A stretch of 64,000 nucleotides of DNA from assembly GCF_038025025.1 (NCBI RefSeq), contig NW_027117352.1:372001-436000 (forward strand). The letters run 5' to 3'. Position 1 is the first letter of the stretch; each line of letters starts with the position of its first letter. Of the stretch, positions 13,407 through 24,048 are shown piece by piece. Below the pieces are notes generated by a model that did no database searches, had not been told where the DNA came from, and worked only from the letters and a program-made list of their open reading frames with translations. Both the position numbers and the translations under genes were made by a program. The DNA comes from Phyllosticta citribraziliensis. Its lineage: Eukaryota.

Positions 13407-16024
13407 TCATCCCTCCCTCGTATCCAGCACCCTCACCCACCCGGTCATGGCAACACCAAAGCCCAACAGCCCGGCGACAACCAAAAAAGCCAAGCCAGGC
13501 CACCACGCCACGCTGGACGCATAGACGGCGTTGACGGCGGCGGGCGCGACGATGCGGACGAAGGCCTGCAGCACGCCGAGGCCGCCCATGAGCAGGCCGA
13601 CGCGGTGGCGCGCGACGTGCTTGGTGAGCGCCGCCTCGGTCGTCGACAGCCCGATGGCGCCGAAGGCCGCCAGCGCGCCGCACAGCGTGAAGAGCACCCC
13701 GTTGGGCGACAGCGCGTAGCCGCTGTAGCCGAATATGTCGAAGAGGAGCGCCGTGAGGATCAGGTGTCGGTCTAGCGCGTCGGGGCCCGGGCATGGGTTG
13801 TAGAGGTTTTGCGGCGGGATGGGGTCGCCTGGTTCTGTTGCTGCTGCTGCTGCTAGTACTGGAGGGGCATCTCCGTCATCAAGGAGCGGGGCGGGCGAGG
13901 CGAGATTCAGGTGCGGCGAGTCGGAGGCGGAGCTGTTGGGGGTGCCAGTGGCGCCAGTGGGCGGCGTGTCTGGGATCGTCGACGACGAAGAAGGGGACCC
14001 AGTCGTTGGCGGCGAAGGTTTGGCGACGTGGTGCGGCAGCAGCTGGCGCGGTTTGCGGAAGAGGAAGATGAGCATTGGGATGCCGAGCCAGGAGACGGCG
14101 GCGCGGAAGGCGTTGATGACGGACATGAAGTAGTTGTTTTCGAGATTGCCCCATTTGAACACCATCTGGAGGATGATTAGCACGGCACTGTCATAGCACA
14201 AGTCCTAGACTGCTTACCTGAGGATAGAGAATCAAGACTTCGCCGGCCGAGACGGCTCCCGCGTAGCAAATGACGTTGACAGCAACGAGAATCTTAATGT
14301 TGCGACGGAGTGCCGCACTGCCGATGAGGACAGGCGGAGCCATCTTGTCGAGCCACTTTGTCGGATTCAGCTTGCCAATCTTGTCCTTGATGCTGAAGCT
14401 CTTGGAGCCTGACTGCTGCCACGGAAAGATCGTTCGAAGGCTGAAATCTTCAATGCGTTTCCTCGGCAAGCTCTCCGGGACGCAGAAGAAGAGGTAGAAG
14501 ACGGACATGGTGCGCACGATCTGCTTTAACATGAGCATTGGGATCTGTATATGGCAAACTGGTCGTCTTACGATGCAAATGTAGAAGACCAGGAGCGGCG
14601 ACTCTTGGCCACTCGCTTTCAGAATTACGCTGGAGAGAGCAGGCCCAACTGCTATGCCGATGAACAAGACACCGTGCACTCTACCTGCCGGGATCGTCAG
14701 TACTTCTTGGCTACCCGAATAATCGAATTGCGCGTACCTTGCTGAACATTTCGTCTATCCTCGGGCTCAGTGTCGCTGATGTATGCAGCAGCCATTGACA
14801 TGATTGTTGAAAAAGATCCACTGCAAAGCCCGTCAGCACGAAGACCCCTGAAACTCATAAACCAGACGAGAGACGCCAAGGGCCCAACGTCACAACCAGG
14901 GGGGAATTGAAGGAAGAAGAGAATAGGGAGGAACCAACCTCAGTCCATCAACTATCCAAACCAACCAAAGCCATCGATACCCAAAAGGCGCCAGAGTATC
15001 ACCCTTCCCCGCCGCCTCCGCCAACACAATCAGCATAGCCTCCGCCACGAGCAGCACAACAGCGCAATACATGACGACCTTGACGCGGCCAATGCGATCC
15101 GACAGCACACTCAGCCACGTCCCCGAGATCATGGACAGCGTGCCGCCAATGGCGCCGCCAATCGACGCAACGGCGGCCGTCGCGCTGGACACGGCGTCGG
15201 TGGCGCACTGCGGGTTGAAGCCGCCGACGACGACGGCAGGCGGGCCCTCGGCCGTCGTCGTCGTCGTCGTCGTGCCGCTGCTGCTGCTGTTGATGGAGGA
15301 GCCGGTCGCGCCGCTGCTGCCATCGGCGCCGTCGGGCTTCCACGTTAGCGGGAGCACTTCGCGGCAGATGAGGCCGGTGAAGATGTTGATGCGCGGGACG
15401 ACGGTTATGCCGAAGGCGAGACTGTTCATTAGGAAGAAGATGAGCAGGTACATGACCTGTGGACACGTGATGGGTTAGCATGGTGGTGTTGGTTGGACGC
15501 AATGGTGCCATTGGGATGGGAGGTTGGAATCGGTGACATGGGGATCTGGCGAGGAAGTGTGTGACGGTTCCTGAGTCCGGGGCATGGGGTAGATGGTGGT
15601 GGAAGCTGGAATGCCGGGACTCGAGTGCCACAAGCAAGGCCATCGAGTCCAGCACAACGGCACCGTACCACGTACGCAACCTCCACCCTCAGATCCTCGC
15701 ATCTCTTGCTCTCCTCCCCTCTCATTTCTTTCTTTCCAACACCTCAACCCCAACAAACAAAAAAACAGCAAAAGAAAACTCAAGTCCACGCACCTTAGGT
15801 TTCCTCCTCCTCCCCCACCCGCCATACTCCTCCTCATCGAGCCCCATCCCTTCGCCAGCGCCCAACACACCGCCTCTCAACTCATCCAGCTCGATGTCGT
15901 CCTCTTCATCCTGGTTCCCCACTTCGAGCACATTGCCCAGGCCAACGCGATCGTCGTCGCCGTCCTCATTCAGCGGCACCGGATGGTACTCGAGCGCCGC
16001 GGCCGCGCTGAGTTTGGGCGCCAT
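13407..16024 (-). CDS. Major facilitator superfamily transporter (tetracycline-efflux/SLC46-like); multi-exon
   Basis: MFS motif A (LSDRIGRVKV), AYISD, GIAVGPAL, PESL and many hydrophobic helices across several exons. Exact exon boundaries were not all resolved. Confidence 0.85.
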
Positions 16025-16900
16025 GGCGACGGCAGCTGTGGTCGCGTCGATGGAGTCCGTCTGGGGTGCTCGGCGGTGAGCAATGGCAGCACAAGATGGG
16101 AGACAGTCGGCGAGCTAGGTACCTAGCAAGCAGAGGAGACCCACGAGACGAGCTGAGACGGCACTGGATGGAACGTCGCAACAACCGTCGACGCCGCTGG
16201 TCAATGCAACGCCAACAACCACGCCCGCACGCACGCACGCAGCAAGCGACTCTGTTGGTAGGGCTGACTGCCTACCTACCTTCCGGTACCTCAATGCCTA
16301 CTCGGCGGCCCAGAAATAGAGCGAACGCGTCCCGCCTGGACCCTGCGGAAGGCAGCGGAAGGAGTGGCGGCGGCGGTGGGCGATCTGCAGCAGCCGCGCG
16401 GGTGTCGCGTCGCGAGGCGAGCCGCTTCCGCTGAACAAACGTGGCCGCTCGCTCAGCTAGATTCCTGTCGCCTGGATGATGGGTGGATTGGCGGCAGACG
16501 GGCGGGTCGGAGTGCGCAACCGAAGTCAGGATGCGCGGCGCAACCAAGATCGCACGGTGCCGGAAAGATAGAGGACGGGGAGCGTTGTAGAAGAAGACTG
16601 CAGTGCGCCGAAAAAAGGAGGAGTGGCCAGAGGACGACGGTGCGGTTTGTGGAGCAGCGCGAGACAGACGGACAGAAAGAAAGAGAAACCAAGGCGAGCG
16701 CAGCGTGCAAGTAAGCGTGAGTGAGATGAGACAACGGGAACAAGCTTCGCCTCCCTCTCAGTCGGGCGCTCAATAGGTAATCAGACACTGCTCAGCCGCC
16801 GACGCCGAACAAGAGCGGAAGCCGAGCAAGCGACAGACAGACAGGTAGGTACGTTTCTTAGCCAGCCGTCAGCATATGTATCTTTTCTTTGTCCGCGGCC

Positions 16901-16937
16901 TGCAGCAGCAGCAGCAACAACAACAACAACAACAACA
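16901..16937. repeat. Compound (CAG)n(CAA)n microsatellite
   Basis: Directly visible intergenic repeat. Confidence 0.85.
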
Positions 16938-17780
16938 AGCCCCGTCCGACTTTCAGTCAGCCAGGCAGTCGAGCAACGAAGGCGCCGAAGAAAACGACTT
17001 GAAAATAAGCAATGCAGGGGACAGACAAACAGACAGGCAACGGATGTAGATAGAAGCGACGAAAAATAAAAGAGGATAGATACGCGCGACGGTCCCGTTC
17101 TTTACCGACCAGCCCTGCCCATAGGTATCCTTTGTCCTGTCCAGCGCAAAGTCTAAAAGCGTGCGTAGCAAGGGAACAGAACGAAGGTCAAAGTACATGT
17201 AAGCTGGCCGGCTTGGCTTGGCTCGTCGGCTGAGTTCAGTTCATGCAACCGCGTCCAGGGGCTGTGCCTGCGGTTGGCCGGTCGAGTCAGGCCTAGTGCG
17301 CGCCTGGGCGCTAGCTGGTTGCGGTAATCGGATTGGCGCCATGCGGTGCACGCCACGGACGTCGATGGGTGCTCACTCGGCACCTCGTGGACCATTGACT
17401 AGAAGACAGACAGCAGGCTGGCCATTCAATCAATGCTGTATCTACAGTTTTTGTGTGCCGTCGTTGGTCTTGTACATGGAGTATCTGCGAAAGACGGGCA
17501 GGCCACAACGAAGAGCAACCAACGCCGACAGATGCCAATCAATGCTAATGCCATGCATGCTAGCAGCAGCCGCGACAGGAAAAATGAAGCAAAACTAACT
17601 TACGGAAAAACAGCAGCAAAGCAAAACGTTGAGCCGTCAAAAAGCTCGCCATAAACACCACTACAAAGCCAGTGTGCATTCACGCTCTCTAGCAAACCCT
17701 CTCCGCCCACGACCTCAGGAATGCGTCTCCCAAGTACCAGTGCGCAACCACCAAACCACCATGCCACCGCAGCATGACGT

Positions 17781-20372
17781 TCACTTTATAAACGTCGCGC
17801 TCTTGCCCGCGCGCTCCTTCTGCACCCTTCCCATTCCCTTCGGTACATCCGCCGCCTTGGCATACGGATTGAACTCCTTCTTGCGCTTCTTCTTGTCCTT
17901 GGGCCCGCCCTCGTTGGGCGTGAGCAGCGACGCTTCGGCGCCGTAGTCGAACGGCTGTTCCGCCTCGCCGTCGCCGCCGTCCACATCCATGTCCCCGCTG
18001 TTCTCTTGGTCTTCGTCTTCTCCCTGCTGCTGTTCCTCCGCTGCCTTCTTTGCCTGCTTTTTGGCCTTTTTCGCTGCCCGCTTCTCGGCCTTCTTGCGAG
18101 TCTTTTCTGCCTGCTCCGGGTCGACTGGCTCCTCGTCTGCCTCTCCTTGCTGGTGCAATGAATCAGCCTGTTCCGTCTCGCCTTGTGACGTGGCCACCTC
18201 GCCAATCTTGCGCTTCCGTCCCAGTTGCTTGACGGTGAAGACGCCATCGCCTTCCTCCTTGGGCGTGGGCCGGTCCTCGGCCTTGACGAATTGGTGCTCG
18301 GCGCGCGCACCCGGATCAACGGGCTTCTCTTGCTTCGCCGGCGCATCATTGGGATCCGCAAACACCTCGGCGGTGAGTGGCGGTAGAGGCACGGCCAAAC
18401 TGACGCTCTCGGTCGAGTACTGACGCGGCCGCTGAGAAAATGCACTGCGCGCGAGATTTCCCCAAAAGTTTGAGAAAGTGGCTCGCAGCGATCCCGTGTC
18501 CTGAGTCGCCGACGCTTTCAACTCCTTGAACGCCGGCGAGTTGCCGATTGCCTGGAAGCCGTTGGCTGCAGCTTGCGCGTTGGACTGGGGAGGTTTGGCT
18601 CCGAAAAACGCCCACATCTCTGGTCCGTTGGCCCCCTCTTCTTTTGCACGAACCACGGTGCCGACAATCTCGTCGGCACGCAGCCGAGCGATTCCCGAAA
18701 GAGACGGAGCCACGTTGAACAAGGTGACTTTGTCTGTTGGCATTGAACGCGAGATGCTGAAAAGAATGTGGTTCGGCAGGACGAAGTGGACGCCCTCGTC
18801 CTCTTGCCGCGCCACTGCATCTCGCCACGCATGCACCGCCTTGAAGACCGAGAACTGCTCCTTGTTGAATGCGTTCGGGTTCTTGTACAGCTGTCTGTAC
18901 CAACCCATGGAGCCGCTGCCATTTTCGGGATTCGAAGAGGGATTCGAGTAAGCCTGCATCGACTCCTCCTTTGACTTTTCCTGTACCCGTCGGACGCGAT
19001 CCTCTTCCGGATTGGAAAAGTCGGACTTGTCGATGAGTTCGTTGCGCATGTTGTCGAAGATGTACAGAAGGAAGTGGGTATCTGAGCGAGCGTAGTCAAA
19101 TAGCTCTTGCGGGAGGGGTCTGCAAGAAAATCAGTACCAATTTCACATACGCTCCAGCGTCCTTCCTTACCGAATCCTCCAGTCTGCCATCTGGTACTGC
19201 TTTTGAGCTTGAAAGTTGACGAATTTTGAAAGAAGAAATGCAAGGCTAGCCTGGGGGTATCCCAAAGCACGACACGCGTGATACGTGTCGAAGAGGCCGA
19301 CCAAGTAGAGACCAAGGTCGCGCTGGAGCCACATGACGTCCATGAAAGCACCATGCAGGACCTTGACAATGCTGGGGTCCGCAAACACCTCATTCAGACA
19401 TTCCAACCTTCGCCTCCACGGCTTCAACGTATCGACTACCCAGTCCTTGTCGCGAGTGCTGATCTGCATGAGCGAGACTAGGCCGATGTAGCTGCGCTGA
19501 TCGTGGTGCTCCAGGTCGATTGCGATTACTTTTTCCTTCTTGAGCTCCGCGAGCATGGCATCCAATGCCTCGGGGGTATCTACAAATGTTGCGGTCGTGC
19601 TTTCAAACGGCGTATACGGGATCGGGTCGGCTTTGGTGTAAACGGAGGGAGGGAATTGGTAGTTCGAAATCTCGGTCGTGTAGGGGTTCTGGTAGCTTTG
19701 TCGAGAGTCAGTGTCGCGCTTTCGCTTTTTGTTCTTCTTCTTTTTTGTCGCTACTAACAGGCTGCGGCCATCTTCTCCGGTACCAAGTACAAGGCTTTGG
19801 TCCAACGGGACCGTTGCATGGGGCTTGGATGTGAGAAGTGGCTTCCACAATTCGCTCTTGTCATTTGTCGGTGCATGCTCAAACAGACTTTGAGGCTTGG
19901 GAAGGTCTAGGTTGCGGAACATTTTGGCCAAAACGCCAGGCTTCGAAGCGGGGGCTGCCGGGGACTGCGTCGTCGTCATTCCAGAGTGAGCTGGGACAGC
20001 TGCTGATGCGCTTGCACCCACCTGCTCCTTGCTGGGCGTGAGCCTCTTGACAATGCCCGTGTACTCATCGAGGCTGGTGTCTGCCCGTTCCAGCAAGCTA
20101 TCGATTACATCAACAATCCCCCTCCACTGGCCGTCGACGGCGTCCGTATCCTCGAGTCGGGGACCTACAACCTCCGAGCCCGCAGCCGCATTGCCGAGCA
20201 GACGCTCCGCAAGAGCGAGAAGCCGCGCATTTTGCTTGTCAAGCGCAGAGCCGACGGTCGGGTCGAGGGAGCGGTGGAAGCCCAGGTCCTGTTCGCAGAT
20301 TTGTCTCGTGTCGTTGGTGGTCGCGAGAAGGGATTCGAAGGCGGTTTTCTGGAACTCGGAGAAGTTTTCCAT
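17781..20372 (-). CDS. RRP6: Nuclear exosome 3'-5' exonuclease Rrp6
   Basis: PMC2NT region; DEDD-Y motifs IAIDLEHH, LHGAFMD, ADWRIRPL and YARSDTH; HRDC WRDAVARQEDE..FVLPNH; basic C-terminal tail. Introns 19120-19170, 19696-19758 and 19965-20021. Confidence 0.95.
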
Positions 20373-20612
20373 GGCCTCCAGATGTTGGGTGTGCAGTAGA
20401 GGGCGGCAGTCAGGTCATTCCAGAGCAATGGAGGGTTCTGATGTGAATGGGACTTTTCGCGGTTGCAAACGGTGGCGCGCCAGGCGATGGAGGGTTCAAG
20501 TTTCGCGTCGGCCAAAGTTTCTGGGATAACTAGCGCGGCCCCAGCTATCGATAAACCTCCCTCGCACCTTGCAAGTGGACGACGCCTCGAGCCGTACCCA
20601 CCTGCAACCACA

Positions 20613-21011
20613 ATGTCGGCCTCTCTCGCCCCAGAATGCAACGAAGTCAAAGAGTGGGTCTTCCCCGCTTGCATTTGTATAGCTGTGTCTAACCTGTTGT
20701 CCAGCAAATACGACACCTGCTTTCTCAAGTGGTATAGCGAGAGTGAGTGCCTGTTGCCTTGATGCGATCCGCGCTGACCATGCCCGAAGAATTTCTGCGT
20801 GGCAACGCCACCACGGATGAGTGCGAGCCCTTGTTCAAACAATACAAGAGCTGTTTGAGTGTAAGTGGCTCTGTATCTTGGTGCCGGTGCTGCAGCTCAG
20901 CTATGACAGAAAGCCCTCAAGGAACGTGGCATCGACACCATGTTAGATGAGGCGAGGGAGAGCAATCGCGAGAATGATGCCCAGCACATGAGAGGCAACT
21001 CTGGGCGTTAG
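20613..21011 (+). CDS. MDM35: Mitochondrial intermembrane-space twin-CX9C protein Mdm35/TRIAP1; 4 exons
   Basis: MSASLAPECNEVK / KYDTCFLKWYSE / FLRGNATTDECEPLFKQYKSCL / KALKERGIDTMLDEAR...* with three short introns. Confidence 0.92.
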
Positions 21012-21310
21012 CTGTACCAGTCATGTCAAGGTGTAGCGAATGGACGGAAAATCTTGGCAAAGCATAGGGCAGCGCATCTTCACTCTGCAGCATGACATAA
21101 TGACACCAAAGAATAGACCGAGAGAAGGACAACCATCATTCCAAGACTTTTGTAAAGTACATGACCCAAGACCTATCCGTAGACAGGTCAGGCTTGAGCA
21201 GACCAAAACCAACAGAGCGCAGTTACCCCGCACCAATCCATTTGAACGCCGTCCGGCGAGTGGTTCAACAAGCCGCAAGAAGAGGAGGATTCGAGAGTGC
21301 AACCCAAGAG

Positions 21311-23185
21311 CTACCACGTTGGGTCACTGTCCACGCTGCCCCCATCGTCGACTATATCATCGTCGAACTCGTCGTCGAGCTCCTCCTCATCATCAAAATC
21401 CTCGCTGAAACCGTATTCGTCCTCAAACTCATCATCGTCACCCCAAAAACCGGGCATGTAGGGGCCGATGCCGTGGATGTCTAGAATAGCACCAAGGAAA
21501 TCATCTTGGTCTGATGCGTCTGATCCCGGAGAGTGTGGCATGAACAGCGATTCTTCGTGCTCCAATTGAGAGTGGTAGGTGCAGAGGTCGTGCTCTTCAT
21601 CGAGATCGATTGGGTCCCATTTTGCTGGCGCAGATATGTACTGTTTCTTGTCGCCATCCCATCGAGTTCGAAAATAGTCCCCATTCTCAATCAGCTCGTC
21701 GTGCAAGGTCTTCCTGGGGTATTTGTGGCTCGTGAAAAAGTGTATGCCGACACTGACTAAAAAGTCACGAACAGCCTGACGTAGCGGATAGTTCTGGAAC
21801 ATGCACGTCGTGTGATGTATGTAGATGCGACTGAGAAATGGCAAGCGATCCACCGGCGTGTCCTGAAGTGCCATCAAGCTCTCTACAACGATTGAAGGTG
21901 CGTAAAGAACAGTCAGCTCCCTCAAAGAGCTTGGAAGAGAGGTCGGGAGTGGCGGAGAAATGTTCGCCTCGTGCACATCAGATTCGGCGACGTTGACTGG
22001 ATCTCCATTCATTGGCAGAAATTGATCTGGGGGGTGCCATCGGAAGGATCCATAGTCAATGGCAAGGGTTTCCAGTGCGGTAAATTGATCCAAAGACCCC
22101 ATGATCTTGTAGTCGTGGACGTAGGGCCATTTGTTCATGTCGATCGTGAGGTGCTTCAGCGATTTCTTGTGTGGCAAAAGCGATTTCTTCAGTTGTGGAA
22201 GCGTGAAATGCATCCCTGGCCTGGCATTGCCTTCGTACCTATCGGAGCAGACAGTATAAGTCAAGGACTCCAGGTGCTTGCAGGCTGCCATGAGAGTAGA
22301 TATGCCGCGTTCGCCAAAAGAAGCATCCTCGAAGACGATGTGGGTAAGAGAAATCGACTTTTCCTGGAGCTCGAAACCATCTTGCGGCTCTAGTCGATTC
22401 TCTTCGGCCACAACCGAAAGGGCTCTGAATTCTCGCAAGGAAGGCAGCCCAAGTACATCTTCAAGGCCGTGAAATTCGATACATGAGCCATCAGGCGCGC
22501 TACTCAAAGTCAACTTCTTCAAGGTGTTGAGGCCGGGGCCTGCGATGGAGGCCATCCGGGACCAGAAAATTGGTTCTTCAATGTCGTCGACTCCTCTGAG
22601 GCAAAGTTCTTCGATTCTAGGGAGGCAGGACAGCATGAGGATGACCTGCGGCTCTTCAACACCGGTCAACAAGGCCCGCAGGTAGTTTTCGTCAGTCTCG
22701 ATGTTGGGTTCCAAATCCCATGGATCATCGTCCTCGGGCTGTGTATAGAAAGGTCTGATTTTCCGAGTGCCATCGCGGGCCTGGATGATCTTTGTCTTTT
22801 CGGCAGCATTGGCGAATGACTCAAAGTCTTCAGTCGACAATTCTTTGAGATCATCCGCGTCATTGGGCTCCCACAATGCGGACGTGTTCATCCAATTTCC
22901 CAAATCGACTTTTTTGCAGGCGCGGGCGAGCGATTCGTTCTTGAGAATGTTGCGAAGGAATGGAGTTATCGAGCGCGAGTACCACATGTTGAAGTTGAGA
23001 TACCTGGCATACAGAGTGGATTGCACCAATGTGTTGATCTGCTTTGAAACCAGGGAGAGGTTCAGTAAGTCTGCCTCGTTGTCGACGTGGGAAATAATAG
23101 ACATGAGCATCTCCGGAGGCAAGTCGCAGAAGAGGGTGCCCTGGGAGGCATCCTGAATGGTGGTGGCCCGCGCGGGCAGGTTCAT
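21311..23185 (-). CDS. F-box / leucine-rich-repeat-like protein with acidic C-terminus
   Basis: Long intronless ORF with an F-box-like LFCDLPPEMLMSIISHV..DLLNLSLVSKQ, repeated LxxLxL motifs (LPRIEELCL, LKKLTL, LESLTY, LKHLTI, LPSSLRELTV) and a D/E-rich tail. Start 23185 or 23278. Confidence 0.75.
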   Translation of the reverse strand: MNLPARATTIQDASQGTLFCDLPPEMLMSIISHVDNEADLLNLSLVSKQINTLVQSTLYARYLNFNMWYSRSITPFLRNILKNESLARACKKVDLGNWMNTSALWEPNDADDLKELSTEDFESFANAAEKTKIIQARDGTRKIRPFYTQPEDDDPWDLEPNIETDENYLRALLTGVEEPQVILMLSCLPRIEELCLRGVDDIEEPIFWSRMASIAGPGLNTLKKLTLSSAPDGSCIEFHGLEDVLGLPSLREFRALSVVAEENRLEPQDGFELQEKSISLTHIVFEDASFGERGISTLMAACKHLESLTYTVCSDRYEGNARPGMHFTLPQLKKSLLPHKKSLKHLTIDMNKWPYVHDYKIMGSLDQFTALETLAIDYGSFRWHPPDQFLPMNGDPVNVAESDVHEANISPPLPTSLPSSLRELTVLYAPSIVVESLMALQDTPVDRLPFLSRIYIHHTTCMFQNYPLRQAVRDFLVSVGIHFFTSHKYPRKTLHDELIENGDYFRTRWDGDKKQYISAPAKWDPIDLDEEHDLCTYHSQLEHEESLFMPHSPGSDASDQDDFLGAILDIHGIGPYMPGFWGDDDEFEDEYGFSEDFDDEEELDDEFDDDIVDDGGSVDSDPTW

Positions 23186-24048
23186 GATGAATCGAATAGA
23201 GAAGTTGAGATGGGCAGTCCAAGTTGGGATTTCATGAGTCTGTCGTGTACGTGGAGCAGCAGGTCGCGTCGAGGGCATGACAGGCTAGGGCTAAGGCCAG
23301 GACGGAGGGCCGAGGTCGAGGTCGAGGTCGAGGTCGAGGGCGAGGGTCGAGAGGTGGCGCAAAACAGGAAGGCGCGGCAGATTGGCGCACGTAGCGATGG
23401 GGAGAGGTGGAGAAGAAGATGAGATGGGTGGATTGCTGGTGGGTGTCGAGTCTGCTCAAAGCGGTGGTTCGCGGCGCCACCTGCTAAGGTAGGTCCCGTC
23501 CTCACGCTGTCACGCTGTGCGGCGCGTCCCATCACCCCAGGTCAGCCACATTTGCTCGTTTTGTTTGTCGCCAACGCGTTTTTACGTGGAGGACACAGTC
23601 TTGGCCAAACAGTATCTGTCTCTATCCGTGCAGTCCTTCTCGAGAGGAATTTGAGGTTTTCCCCGGCCACCTCAGGCCTCTGCCACCTGACATGTGACCC
23701 TCAGGTCGGCGCTTTGGCTTTGAAGTCATCATCATTTTCTAAGAGTTCCGCTTCCCTCTCCTCAGCATTCGCTTCATCGTTTCAAGCATGACTGAAGCAG
23801 ACAAAGACAAGGAGAGAGAATAGAATGGGGTGCAGGGGCGCGCGGCCAATCAGACGCGGAATTTGTAAAGTGGAAGCATTTTGGCGATCCTCGGCTTAGC
23901 TAAGCCCGACTGACTCGTGGCTACGGGAAATCTCTCGAGCTCAGCGGCCAGCTCCACCTCGTTGCATTGCGCTTTGGATGTCTGTACGTGGAAATTCTGC
24001 TACTCTCATGCGCCGCGACAAGATCTAGCTCGCTTCGCTGCAACAATT

